Shown piece by piece: positions 21,109-34,491 of a stretch of DNA of 64,000 nt. A program made the position numbers and the translations under genes. How positions within the stretch are numbered: the stretch's first letter is position 1; every line of letters starts with the position of its first letter. The DNA lies in NCBI GenBank assembly GCA_964016885.1, contig OZ024740.1, positions 265,794,001-265,858,000 on the forward strand, written 5' to 3'. The DNA is from Eledone cirrhosa (taxonomy: Eukaryota). The notes below the pieces were generated by a model that was not told where the DNA came from, made no database searches, and worked only from the letters and a program-made list of their open reading frames with translations.

Positions 21109-21202
21109 TGTCTATGTGTGAATATATGTCTTTATTAGTATGTGTGTATTTATGTATGTATATGTTTATGTGTATGTATGTGTGGGTATGTATGTATGTA
21201 TA

Positions 21203-21263
<61 letters not shown>

Positions 21264-21383
21264 CTTTATTATTATAATATAACTTATGTGTATGTATGTA
21301 TAAGTGAGGTTGTGTACGTGTTTATAATATGTGTATATATAAGTGTAATTAATGTATATATATATGTGCATGTCTGTTTTTTA

Positions 21384-21419
<36 letters not shown>

Positions 21420-21553
21420 CGTGTGTATATATATATATATATATGTGGGTGTTTGTATGTGTATTTATGGTGGTATGAGTGTGTGCATATCTATGTGTAT
21501 ATGTATATATGTATATATATATATATATATATATGTATGAGTGTATGTGTGTG

Positions 21554-21590
<37 letters not shown>

Positions 21591-22011
21591 ATATATATAT
21601 ATATATATGTATGTGTATGTACGTGTCTCTATATATATATCTCTATTAATGCGTGTGTGTATGTATATACATATGCCTTTTTATTATTATTTTTATTTGT
21701 ATGTCTGAGTTAGGTGAGGTTGTAGTTTTTTTTATGTATATATGCATATATAGATGCGTATGTATTTGTATATATGAGTATAAGTAAGTGCATAAGTATG
21801 TATGATTATATATCTAATTCTATGTATGAATATACATGTATATATATATGTGTGTATGTAAGTTGTGTGTGTATGTATCTACATGTCTATGTGTGTGTAT
21901 ATATATATATGTATATATATATATATGTATATCGACGTGCGTATATGTATGTACATGTATGTACATGTATGTGTGTATGTATGTGTATGTATATTTAGAT
22001 GTATGTGTGTG

Positions 22012-22070
<59 letters not shown>

Positions 22071-23078
22071 ATATATATATATAGGTATATATCTTTATTA
22101 TTTATTTTTTTATATATATGTGTATGTGTGTATGTGTTGCGTGTGTGTGTGTGTGTCTATATATATATCTTTATATATGTGTATGTGTATGTTCGTGTAA
22201 GTGTATGTGTGTGTATGACTATATATGTATGTGTGTATGTGTGTATGCGTAAATACTTCTATGTGTGCGTACATGTATGTATGTGTATATATCTGTATGT
22301 GTATGTATATTATATTATATTTATTATATTTTATTGTTTTATTTTTTTTCTTAATTTATAGATACATTTATATTAGACAGTTTGCTCAGACAGTTGAATA
22401 CTGACCCCTCCCCCCCCCCCTCCCACCTAATTTCTGTATCTTGATCTAGAAATGTGTGTGCCAGTGTTTTATGTGAGTGAATTAATATCCATGTGCTTAT
22501 GATTTTATATCCACATATATAAATGTGAGTGGGGGTGTGTGTGTGTTTGTATGTTCGTGGTTATGTGTATATTTATGCATATACGCGCGTGTATGTGTGA
22601 TTGTACTGATATGTGTGAGTATGAAAAAATATATTTATATACTTGATTTCATAAGTATCTTATCTGCGCATTGTAAGCTCACAGAGACATTAACCTTGAA
22701 ATTTCGTATTTGCATCCATCATTTTAGTATGCGTATACAAATTATACATACATTTTGTAAAATATGTGTAAGGGTTTTACATGTATATACACACACCGAA
22801 CTGCATTTAACCCTTTGTGTTTTCATTGGTCAATTTTGAACTGAAATTTTGAATTGTTGTTATTATCAATAAATATACTTCATTATTTCTGAAGACGGCG
22901 TATATATGTGTTTGGTATGTATATTTAATCTTGATAATTTGTATAATTTTGTATAATTTTGTACATAGATCTGTTGAATATGCATACCAATTATAACACA
23001 TATATATCCTAGAAACGATCGTTAAATAATGAACTTTTTTTGTTTAATATAAGGAATTGTTTGTTCATTATTTGTTTA

Positions 23079-23085
<7 letters not shown>
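19253..23085 (+). mobile_element. 5'-truncated Penelope-like element with ~3.7-kb microsatellite-rich 3' region ending in an HHR
   Basis: 19259-19372 translates to ELFEIMKSKDILLNKRQELIISCNHKLKKTFKYYKPN*, matching the Penelope endonuclease C-terminus (compare 10922-11284). The downstream sequence is shared with 1-1467. Confidence 0.7.
22879..23033 (+). ncRNA. Type I hammerhead with expanded stem II (same family as 1259-1413)
   Basis: ttcattattt-CTGAAGA-c...a-GAAA-cgatcg-TT-aaataatgaa. Confidence 0.85.
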
Positions 23086-23151
<66 letters not shown>

Positions 23152-23158
<7 letters not shown>

Positions 23159-23617
23159 TAAAAAATAATGAATAAAACAAGGAAACACTTCCTTATATTA
23201 AACAAAAAATGTTCATTATTTAACGATCGTTTCTAGGATATATATGTGTTAGAGTTGGCATGCATATTCAACAGATCTATGTACAAAATTATACAAAATT
23301 ATACAAACTATCAAAATTAAATATACATACCAACACATATATATGCCGTCTTCAGAAATAATGAATATGCATGCCAACTCTAACACATATATATCCTAGA
23401 AACGATCGTTAAATAATGAACTTTTTTTGTTTAATATAAGGAACTGTTTCATTGTTTTATTCATTATTTTTTTAATATTTTATCTTGACTCCGTATTCCG
23501 TTTATCTTTCACCGAAAGTGATTTTTCCTTGCATCTCTTCTTTCCATGATATCCGGATTACATTGAGTTCTTCATACGGATTGGACACTACCGTAAACTC
23601 TTGGTAGATTTATCTAC
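23152..23617. mobile_element. Inverted pseudo-LTR copies plus ATGAAGA module (23367-23617 is the reverse complement of ~59654-59905)
   Basis: 23152-23365 is the reverse complement of 22879-23090; a partial forward copy and the module seen at 59656 and 61155 follow. Confidence 0.8.
23212..23365 (-). ncRNA. Type I hammerhead with expanded stem II (inverted copy)
   Basis: Reverse complement of the 22879-23033 motif with core and stems intact. Confidence 0.83.
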
Positions 23618-24372
23618 ATATATAGATATATATACATATATATAGATATACATACATATATATAGATATGTACATATATAGATATATATACATATATATA
23701 GATATACATACATATATATAGATATATACATATATAGATATATATATATACATATATATAGATATATATACATATATAGATATATATATATACATATATA
23801 GATATATATATACATATATAGATATATATACATATAGATAGATATATATACTTATAGATATAGATATATAGATATATATATATATACATATAGATATAGA
23901 TATATAGATATATATATATACATATAGATAAATATATATATATATATATACATCTAGATATAGATAAATAGATATATATATATACATATAGATAAATAGA
24001 TATATATATATATACATATAGATATAGATATATAGATATATATATATATATACATATAGATATAGATATATAGATATATATATATATATACATATAGATA
24101 TAGATATATAGATATATATATATACATATAGATATAGATATATAGATATATATAGATATAGATATATAGATATATATATATACATATAGATATATAGATA
24201 TATAGATATATATATATACATATAGATATATAGATATATATATAGATATATATATATACATATAGATATAGATATATAGATATATATATATACATATAGA
24301 TATAGATATATATAGATATATAGATATATATATATACATATAGATATATATATATAGATATATATATATATA

Positions 24373-25014
24373 TGACGGGATGTTTCTCTACACCTTCTTC
24401 GGAAGATGTATCTACTCCATTCCAGAAACTAATTAGTTGGAAGTGATATTTTAGTAAGTAAGTTAATTTTATAATTTTCTTATCTTACGTCTCTTATATT
24501 ATTGTTCTGCAACCCCATGCATTGAACCACAATGTTATTAAGACAAAACCTATATATTTGCTAGCATCGCTATGCATTTGTATGTATATATATGTTACTA
24601 GATATAAATTCTTTATTATTATCTCCAAAATATTTGTCGAGCAATACTGGCCATGACTGCTGCTACTGTAGTCGGCTGGCCGCTGTCTTATTAACAACCC
24701 ACTTTCCACCGATTGACCTCGATGTCACGTGTTCGATTCTTTTTGAATTTGCCACAGACACAGAGGCAGTAATTTTCTCAATGGCTAGGAAGTAAGTCCA
24801 CGCTTATCTATTTCCTATTCAATGATTTATTTTTTAATAAGCTTCCAGTGTCCTCGCTTTGCCTGGAAACTTATATGAGAATTGACTTTCCTGATGACGG
24901 TATGTTTCTCTACACCTTCTTCGGAAGATGTATCTACTCCATTCCAGAAACTAATTAGTTGGAAGTGATATTTTAGTAAGTAAGTTAATTTTATAATTTT
25001 CTTATCTTACGTCT

Positions 25015-25018
<4 letters not shown>
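24373..25018 (+). mobile_element. ~522-bp retrozyme-like monomer with ~125-bp terminal direct repeats
   Basis: 24373-24497 matches 24895-25018; the upstream repeat begins inside the HHR core (TGAC). Confidence 0.85.
24885..24966 (+). ncRNA. Type I hammerhead ribozyme with a C(UUCG)G-capped stem II extension
   Basis: actttc-CTGATGA-c-ggtatg...tacaccttc TTCG gaagatgta...cattcc-a-GAAA-ctaattag-TT-ggaagt. Confidence 0.87.
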
Positions 25019-25048
<30 letters not shown>

Positions 25049-25053
25049 TAGAT

Positions 25054-25112
<59 letters not shown>

Positions 25113-25129
25113 CATATATATATATATAT

Positions 25130-25172
<43 letters not shown>

Positions 25173-25359
25173 TATATATATAGATATATATATATAGATA
25201 TATATATATAGAGATATATATATATATAGATATATATATATATAGATATATATAGATATAGATATATATAGATATATATATATAGATATATATATAGATA
25301 TATATAGATATATATATATATAGATATATATATAGATATATATAGATATATATATATAT

Positions 25360-25406
<47 letters not shown>

Positions 25407-25503
25407 TATATATATATATATATATAGATATATATATAGATATATATATAGATATATATATATATATATAGATATATATAGATATATAGATATATATAGA
25501 TAT

Positions 25504-25560
<57 letters not shown>

Positions 25561-25621
25561 TATATAGATATATATATATATATATATATATAGATAGATA
25601 TAGATATATATATATATATAG

Positions 25622-25670
<49 letters not shown>

Positions 25671-26238
25671 TATATATATAGATAGATATATATATATATA
25701 GAGAGAGAGAGAGGGGGATATACATGTAGATAAAATATGCATATGTATGTGTGTATATATATATATAGAGAGAGAGGGGGGGACACACTGAAAGATATGT
25801 CTATGTATGTATATATATATGATAAAGTATGCATCTCAATTTCGAATGATGCCATTTCTTGATACATAAGCATGAGCATCACGGGCGTGGCTTTTGAATA
25901 CTGCTAGGGACTTACCTACGGCCAGCAATCCAATGCACTGCAAAAAATGTCACATATGAAGCGATATTTTTCAAGTGAGATAAAGGTTTACACGGGCCCA
26001 ATCCCACTCCCTGAACATTGAATGCATTCACCCCAAAAGTTAAAATTGGTCTACATCATTGGATAGGAAGTCGCGGATATATATATATATATATATATAT
26101 TCAATTAAAGAAAGCTGGTTGATTGAATATCTACCGACTTTACTTTAATAGAGTAAAGCATTCCACGATTTTTGTTCATCCGGAGTTTTATTAAAATAAT
26201 AAACAAGAAAGACGGTTTCATTGGGCCATCCCTATGTA

Positions 26239-26310
26239 TTTTGTTATACGCATTTCGAAGACGTATGGTAGTTGTATAACATTTGCCTTGCGTGTTCTCT
26301 TCAGACAAAA
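26239..26310 (-). ncRNA. Type I hammerhead ribozyme
   Basis: Minus strand: ttttgt-CTGAAGA-gaacacg...cgtcttc-GAAA-tgcgta-TA-acaaaa. Confidence 0.75.
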
Positions 26311-26528
26311 ATCCACACGAGATGTAAATATCCATTTATATGTTACAGGCCATACGAGAAATTCTCTTCGCCGACTGATTTTCGGATCTCTTTTTTGATC
26401 TTTTTCCTGTTAGCCTTGTGAAAATTTAGGCTGGATAAATTCCAGGCGCTTCTTAATGGTTACGTATCTGCTGACATTCTCAGACCACATATCATTAGTT
26501 CTACTATGTTAGGATCCGAGAAAATCGT

Positions 26529-27080
26529 TCATGTCACCTTCACATTGTGGATGAGCACTGCGTTATTTGTAAAGCAGAGACCCAGGACATTCTCGCCTCT
26601 TGTTGGGAGGAGTACTGCTTGTTCCCTAAACAGCCTATGTGTGAGGGCCAGCAGGGACTCCGTCTGTTTCTGTTCTAGTGACGTCATTCCTGGGAGCAGG
26701 TGGCCCTCAGGACATTTGACTTTTAGTAGGTTAAAGTCTCCCAGCAGCAGTATGTTGAGACCCTGGTCCAGTTTGTCAAGGACTTCTTCTATCCTTCTGA
26801 GGCTATCTTCAAACTTACTTTCATGACAAGGGGCGTCGGGTGGCCGATATGTTACACATGTTACCATTTTTAGTTGCTTCATATGTATTATCAGTGTGTC
26901 ACAGAATGGGTAGGAATGCGTCAACAGTACAATTGGTGTCACATCTTCACGGGTGTACAAGGCATCCTCAGCATGAGCTCTCTCCTTCCTGTCTGAACAA
27001 CATACAGTATACTTTGCTATATGTATATCCTTATCTCCTATACTGCTTGTCTTGTGCGTTACAGTTAGTGACATGCATAT
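26529..27080 (-). pseudogene. CR1/Jockey-group LINE AP-endonuclease fragment
   Basis: YRPPD, ILLLGDFNL and PTRGENVLGLCFTN motifs in ORF 26529-27182. Confidence 0.8.
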
Positions 27081-27295
27081 TGCTTGATTGCTTATGGCTA
27101 AGTCTCTAAATATTATATAGACCCGACTGAGCTGAGCACTTGTTTCAACAGCTAGTTCCGGAAATATCTGTTGAAACGACAAGAGATCAGCCGTCTGTTG
27201 CCGAATATTTATAATACATTCTTACCCTACTACTCGAAATAAAGTATCGAGTACTCAGTTGAATAATGGTCTAACTCGATTTTAACTGGTTCTAT

Positions 27296-27354
<59 letters not shown>

Positions 27355-27732
27355 CAAGGTCTAGCAAATAGAGAATAAGTTTTAAAATAAATATTTAAAA
27401 TTTCGCTGTACTTACAATATGTGCCTTTACCGCGGTTTCAAGCTCCAGAATAAACGGATATTCCAAGCGGATTTCCATTTCTATTTTTTAAACGTAAAAA
27501 TTCATACTTTATTATTATTGATCTCCCCCTAAGGTAGAGATAACATTTTGGCCGTTTGGACTGCTGCTATTTCTCGTGACAGGACATTGACCTGTCCAAC
27601 ATGCCTTTTGTCTTTGCACACGGCACCAGACAGAATTATTAATTTCATCATTCGCTCTCATTTGGGAATGGTTTTGTATGGCGTCAGTTTGTGATTTGAA
27701 CTCGGGAATTTTATATTCTCCGAGGGAGAAGA

Positions 27733-27814
27733 GCCTTCTGAAGATTGCTCCCTTCTCAATGGAAATCCGCTTGGATTTTCCGTTTATTACGGAGCTTGAA
27801 ACCGCGGTAAAGGC
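27733..27814 (+). ncRNA. Type I hammerhead, branched stem II
   Basis: gcctt-CTGAAGA-tt-gctcc...(aaatcc gctt ggattt)...ggagc-tt-GAAA-ccgcgg-TA-aaggc. Confidence 0.82.
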
Positions 27815-28219
27815 ACATATAGTAAGTACAGTGAATTTTTTTAAAATTATTTTAAAACTTTTTCTCTATTTGCTAGACCTTGATTTTATATGTTCTGGCT
27901 TGTTAATTCAATAACCCGCCATAGAACCACATTGGCATACGGTTGGATAATACTTGTTTCCCTATATGTATTTTTTACACGTAGGAATTCATACTATATT
28001 ATTATTGATCTCCCCCTAAGGTAGAGATAAAATGTTGGCCGTTTGGACTGCTGCTATTTCTAGTGACAGGACATTGACCTGTCCACCTTGCCTTTTGTCT
28101 TTGCACACGGCACCAGACAGAATTATTTCTTTCATCATTCGCTCTCAACTGAGAATGGTTTTGTATGGCGTCAATTTGTGATTTGAACTCGGGAATTTTA
28201 TATTCTCCGAGGGAGAAGA

Positions 28220-28301
28220 GCCTTCTGAAGATTGCTCCCTTCTCAATGAAAATCCGCTTGGATTTTTCGTTTATTCTGGAGCTTGAAACCGCGGTAAATG
28301 C
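28220..28301 (+). ncRNA. Type I hammerhead, second tandem copy
   Basis: Same motif as 27733-27814 with one stem I mismatch (aatgc). Confidence 0.78.
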
Positions 28302-28653
28302 ACATAGAGTAAGTACAGCGAGTTTTTTAAAATTCATTTTAAAACTTTTTCTCTATTTGTTAGACCTTGATTTTATATGTTCTGGTTTGTTAATTTATTA
28401 ACCCGCCATAGAACCACATTGGCATACGGTTGGATAATATTTGTTTCCCTATATGTATTTTTTACACGTAGGAATTCATACTTTATTATATATATGTCTT
28501 CTGGCATCACAACAGGAAGGTAATACATGAACGGTGACATATACCAATCAAAGCATAACTACATCTATGATTGCGTAAGCATCTAATCAAGACACAAGCA
28601 TGACCATGTAAAAGAAACATATATGCAATAAACCAATTATAGTGAAATATCTA

Positions 28654-28688
<35 letters not shown>

Positions 28689-28735
28689 GGGGGGGGTATG
28701 TGAGTGTGTGTATACATACACACATATACACACAG

Positions 28736-28771
<36 letters not shown>

Positions 28772-28829
28772 AGAGGGAGGGGGAGAGAGAAGGAGAGAGA
28801 GAGATTTAATTCCATGACAAATTAGCAAA

Positions 28830-30070
28830 CCCTACTCGAGGACACGCGTTTCACCGAAAGAATTTTCAACGCATATATCGCTGTGGCATGAACGGAACTG
28901 TATATGCGCTGACTGGCATCAGCGCGACAGATGACGGTAGTTTGCTGACAAGGGAGACAATTTAAATTAAACTTTTGCAAGAGAAACAATTTTCCTTAGA
29001 GTTAGTTCATTCTGAGTTAGACTTATGGTTATCCCGGTCCTTTCGAGTTACATAACAGATAATTCACAGCTTGAAGACAGCGATTAAGTAAATCGGCTCT
29101 TTTGTTAAAGCAAGTAGTATTACGTAACCTCTGCAAGATATTCACTCTTTCATCAAAACACATTTAACACAACATTGCTCCATTTCCGTATGGCCTGGAC
29201 TTGACTAGAACTTTCCATTCAATAAAGAAATTCACATCTACATCTTTGAGTGACCATACGAGGTTTCCAACTTCGTAGAAGATCGCTTATCAGAGTGTCT
29301 ACTGGTCGTCTGATGGTTAAGGAAACGTTCTTTAAATCGGCTCTCCGACATACCTATATACATGTTTTGACCGCCTGCAGTTGATTCGGTCGACTGGAGG
29401 TAACTCATCCTCATAGACGCTGCGGGTATGTTACACTGTTGTTGAAGAGGTTATACTTCTGGCAGTCTGCAAGAGAATCTGGATGGAAGAGAGATCTTGG
29501 GATTGGTGGTTATGTAGGCTTTCATATTTTTGGCACAGGAATATCCGAGTTTCAGTCTGTGTCTATTGAAGACAGGTCTGTATTTATGTCCTATGGGGAA
29601 GTATTTGTTTAGGAGTGTGAACAATTTCTTACCAACATTAGTTCTAACTCTGAGCGAGAAGGGTGAAAAGAAATTGTTATTAGGGGATGGGAGGAGTAAG
29701 AAATGTTATCGTAGTGGCCGCTGTTGACTAACGTAGTCTTATAGTAATAAGACGCTCTTTCAGAGATGGATTTGTTAGAAAAAAGATTAGAAATCCTAGT
29801 ACTGATGTTTTTAACGAGGTTTTTGAAGACCTTAGGTGGGTGACATGAGTCCTTGTGTATATAAGTTAACTTTTCGTTAATTTTGTGGCAAGGTCTGAAT
29901 GTTTGTGCGCGAATGTCTAGATTGATGTTTAAGCCAATTTTGTGGCTACGGTGATCTTAAGCCCTAACTTATTGAACGTAGCAATTAGGTCTTTTCTAAA
30001 ATGGTCAAAGACGTGACCATTGTTATGGTTCCATAGGTTCAGACCGTCGTCGCGTTATAAACCCTAGTGT
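28830..30070 (-). mobile_element. Degraded Penelope-like element (RT end plus GIY-YIG)
   Basis: Minus strand ~29365-29310 reads MYIGMSESRFKERFLNHQTT; ~30062-30040 reads GL(fs)RDDGL, resembling the Penelope RT GLYRDDGL motif. Confidence 0.75.
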
Positions 30071-30129
30071 CCTTTCAGCTATTGTGTTCACAATTTGTGG
30101 AGCGAGGCGCTATCTACGTGTTAATTAGA

Positions 30130-32680
30130 GATTCTGACCACCTCCACCAACCATAGACTCGGAGTAGTAAATTATCAAAAGGATATATTTCTCATCTTTC
30201 GCACGAAAGTGGTCTAAAACTCCTGACACTTAGTCCATGTGCAACCAGTTGATGAATTTCGTCAGATAGTATTGTGCAATAAAAAAAAAAGCTTTGAAGG
30301 TGGGTGATATAACCACTGTAATGAAAGATACAGCCAAGACAAGAACAACAACAACATTGACCACAGCTCTAACAACCACTACCGTAGCAGCAGTGATAAT
30401 AATAAACTTTTCACAACAACAACAACTATAGCCAGTCAAAACAACCACAACTAAAGCTAAACAATAACAACATTGACAATAGTAATAATTACGGGGGCCA
30501 CGATAAGGACAATAACCAGTCACAACTACATTGATAATTATAATAACAATAACAACCAATCACAGCAACAACAACTAAACAAATTAGAAGGAAGGACTGT
30601 GTCACTGGAATACTAGATTGTAGATAAAATATAAATATATAAAGGATTTAAGCATGAATGGGGTAGAGATATCGAAGAAAGGATATATTGATGCTGATTA
30701 TTAAGATAAATAGATACAGTAAGGGTAAAGATGAATACGAAGATAATATTATTAGTATGGTTATAGGGTAGGGAAAACAAAAGTGATGAAGGGAGAAAAT
30801 AACAAGAACCCCGGACACATATATAGACGTGCACTTGTTTGCATAGGACCTGCATATATGACTGTATATCTGACAAAACATTAAACAATACGGCAGGTAA
30901 TACTAAAAAGCCAATATCACAATGTGCATGCAGGTGCGTAAGCATGTAAGATGGACACATGTATCCATGTATGCATACATATAAACATGACAATATACAT
31001 ATATACGTGGGTACACTCATGCGGGTTTGGGAATTGGTGGTGCGTGTATGAAAGATGGCACAATTAGGGCAATGTACCATGACTTAACCATATAACATAT
31101 CCTAACACATTAGAAAACACTGTAAATTTAACATGGTAGGCCAGCATATAATGTTGTAGATAGCAAACAAAACAAAACAGATTACAACATATAGATATAA
31201 ATGCAAATATACAAATGGAATACAGAGTACAAAGTACAAAAAGCATAGACCATCATAACGTGAGTATATAATCCTATATGTGAATGACAGAATGAGAGTA
31301 GTGCGAATCGGGGTGGACGTATATCATGGTTTCGCCCTAGGTTGATGTCGATGTGTGGCCACGCCCGGTTCCATATAGTTAGGTTTGGTGCCAGCCTATT
31401 GCTATTACATCCACGCTGTTATTTGTTTAGTTTCAAGTTGGCAGACGCTGAATATGTTATTCCTTTTATTAATAACCTGTGCTCTCCTCTTAATTATCTC
31501 CATTATCTCAGTGATACAGAGATTGCACGAGTCATGCCCTCCTTCCTTGTAAGGTTGGGTTGTGGTAACCCTGGACCATGACAGGGTGTACCCAATGTTA
31601 TCATGTTTGAGCCGCCACATCTGGAGCTGTTTCGTTTATCTATTATTTTAAAATTGTGGCAGTGCTTGTACCAAATTCCTTAAATTTGTTAGCCGTAGCT
31701 TCGATATAAGTGAAGGTTTCGTTATTGGTAATTACTCTACATTCATAAACCATATTTATGCTAAGGCATCTGCCCTCCAGGGGGCAATTACTGGGGTTTC
31801 TACAATTACATTCCGGGGATGTAATGTTGCCTGGATTTCTGCATCGTGTTGTTTGATTCTATGGCCGTGCCCGGTCGATCGTAATATTTCCGAGGGATTA
31901 AGTATTTGTGTTGAATGTTCCATTACGGTTGCTGATATCCCCAGATTCACGGACATTTCTTAATCTACTCCGGTTTAGGGATTCTATGTTTTGCGCTAGG
32001 TTCCTAGTTGTGGAGTAGGACAGTTTAATTGTGTGTCAAATATATATAAGGAAAAGAAATTGAAAATGCAACTGGATTCTTTTAAGAATATTCAGTTACT
32101 TTACCGGTTTCACGCTTCTTATGATTTTCAAAAGTAAAATTGAGATGGAGAGTTTGTGTTTCTGTTGGGGCTATATTGCATTTAGTTGGAGTTCGAAAAT
32201 TATTTCTGTTATAGGCAAAAAAAAATGGCTCAGATTGCTGTTTGTTAAAAATGTAATTTGGTTGGTTAATGACAGTCACGTGATTAGGTATAGTAATTTT
32301 CGTGCCAGAAAAAGAAGCTCAGAATTGTTATTTGCCATTTTATTTGTCGGTGACAGTCACGTGATTAGGCATAGTAATTTTTACACCAAAAATGGATGGT
32401 CAGAGTCACGTGATTAGGCATAGTAATTTTTACACCAAAAATGGATGGTCAGAGTCACGTGATTAGGCATAGTAATTTTTGCACCAAAAAAGGATGGTCA
32501 GAAAGTGAGAGAAGAATTGGTGTGGTCCGTTTCAGTGAGTTCAGTGAGTATGGCTGATGTCGGCGTGATGAGGAATGTGAGAATTTAAGAGGTGTAAACA
32601 TGAAAAATTCCTATTTGTTGAGCGAAAGTACGATGGCCCCCTGGCGAGAATGGGCTGGACCACTACATATAAATAGCGGC
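30130..32680 (-). mobile_element. Degraded Penelope-like element with long 3' region
   Basis: HTIKLSYSTTRNLAQNI (~32030-31980); VYECRV..YIEATANKFKE (~31755-31675); ORF 31405-31620 WRLK..Y..W...Y...CNLCITE...INKR. Confidence 0.75.
32270..32500. repeat. ~49-bp minisatellite inside the Penelope RT-EN linker
   Basis: agtcacgtgattagg(c/t)atagtaatttt repeated 4 times. Confidence 0.9.
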
Positions 32681-33199
32681 CTGAGTAAGTGGGCGAAGTT
32701 GGTACTAGTTCCACAGTTCCTGTGTTGATAGTTGGAGTTCAAGTTCGAGTTGGTGTGTTGGATTGTTGGTTCTTAAAAGATTGTTGTTCCATTGCGTGTG
32801 GTTATTGCCGTTTGTTTCGATTATATTGTTATTACACGGTTGCAGTGTATGCATTTATCCATGAGGACATAACACTATTGTAGTAGACTCGCAAACAATT
32901 GAATGTAAAGGAGATGGTTTATATGCCTGTGTCCCATGCTGATGATAGTAACGGTGACGGTAATGTTGACAGCAGGGTAGTAATACATATATATATATAT
33001 ATATATGTATATCGTTATATATCTTTATGATTAAACTCTGATAGTAACTTATTGGTGTAACTTATCGTAAACTTTAATCCAATAATATAAGTAAACTACA
33101 GTCCATATCCAATGTGTGATGCGATTTATATAATTTGTCATCATCGATAAAATACTTAATAAAGCTGTATCGAAGTCGATTCTGTCTATTTGAGTCCTT

Positions 33200-33450
33200 A
33201 AAACCTAGTGTTGGTGTGTTCGTCTCAAGATCGTAACCTCGGTAGTTCGATTTCCGGCGCAACCGTATGTCCTTGAGCAAGACATTATATTTCACCATAC
33301 CCTGTCTAGTCAGCTGGCCAAAATGAGTTGTATCTCTATTTCGAAGCTTATCACACACTGTATTAGGTTGAATCATGCTAACAGTTATGTTAAGGGTACA
33401 CATATTTGTAGAATGCTCGTCCAATTGCAAGTTCATTATGGATTGACAGT
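33200..33450 (+). mobile_element. tRNA-derived SINE (CORE-like central domain)
   Basis: B-box-like gttcgatttcc followed by gtccttgagcaagaca...cagctggccaaaatgag. Confidence 0.6.
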
Positions 33451-33464
33451 ATCGGGAGAGGGTC

Positions 33465-33622
33465 GGACGCCATGATTTGCAGCAAAGAATTACGGCCCTT
33501 ATGGTCTGAGTACAAATCCCGCCGAGGTTAACTTTGCCTTTCATCCTTACGAGGCGATAAAATAAAGTACCAGTAATGCACTGGGATAATTGCCGCCCTT
33601 GTGCCAAAAGTAGAAACAATTA
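33465..33622 (+). mobile_element. tRNA-derived SINE with Nin/Deu-like domain
   Basis: gagtacaaatcccgccgaggttaactttgcctttcatcc...gataaaataaagtaccag. Confidence 0.7.
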
Positions 33623-34044
33623 TATTAGCAGAATGTTCCTTTGATTACGTCAACTGGATCAATTGTCGTTAAAAACTGACGAAGATCCTACGCCCACACA
33701 CGAACATAGACCTTGGTACACGCATACACACACATTATATCAAACTGGTTATATTTTAAGTGTGTGTAATTCCTCCTCTGTTACTATGTCTTGTCAGACA
33801 TAACGTTTGTCTATTTTGTTCGTTTTGTATATAACTATCATTTAATGAGATGATAACCACACATTCATTTGATAAATGAGTTAATAAAGTAAGGAACAAT
33901 GGCTTGTAGTTGATGTACGTTATTTGAGGACATTGACAAATTCTATTTCTAATGTATAATTCGCTATACAGCTGAGCAAATTTGTTTTCATCCTTCGGGA
34001 CAACTAAATACACGCAGACACGCAAAAATGTACATACAGCCCCA

Positions 34045-34096
<52 letters not shown>

Positions 34097-34112
34097 ATAA
34101 TAATAATAATAA

Positions 34113-34218
34113 TAATTGTTTCTACTTTTGACACAAGGCCATAAATTACCCAGTGCATTACTGGTACTTTATTTTATCGACCCCGTAAGGATGAAAGGTA
34201 AAGTTAACCTCGACGGGA
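34113..34218 (-). mobile_element. Same SINE family, 5' part cut at the Tx1 insertion
   Basis: Reverse complement of ~33515-33620; (TAA)n on both sides. Confidence 0.7.
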
Positions 34219-34491
34219 TAATAATAATAATAATGATTTCATTTATTGGCCACAAGGGCCGACATATAGGGGACAATACAAAAGACTGGGACAGTGGGGT
34301 TTTACAGTAAAATCAAGTAAACAATATGAATAACAAAGTAACAATAAAGTAACAAGAAAATTACAAGAACAAATTCCCCAATAGGGGGGATGACCACCTA
34401 GGGTTCGCTCAGGTAACCAACCAGTCCTGAACGACACGACGCTTCGAGAGCACCCTGGAAGGGGACCCTTCTCCTCTTCAAATTTACCTAC

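Larger units (their letters stand above)
27354..28488 (+). mobile_element. Tandem ~487-bp HHR-containing monomers (retrozyme-like) plus an inverted partial copy
   Basis: Units ~27500-27986 and ~27987-28486; 27354-27479 is the reverse complement of ~27758-27884. Confidence 0.88.

Noticed and set aside
28838-28860. GAAACGCGT half-hammerhead at a Penelope 3' end
   Set aside because: No matching CUGANGA half was found, and the triplet would be GUG.
30170-30270. HHR-like CTGACGA...gatgaGAAA on the minus strand
   Set aside because: Stem II is plausible but stem I and the NUH site cannot be closed. It is probably a decayed ribozyme and was not called.
33200-33540. tRNA genes
   Set aside because: Only degenerate A/B-box SINE heads; no cloverleaf can be formed.
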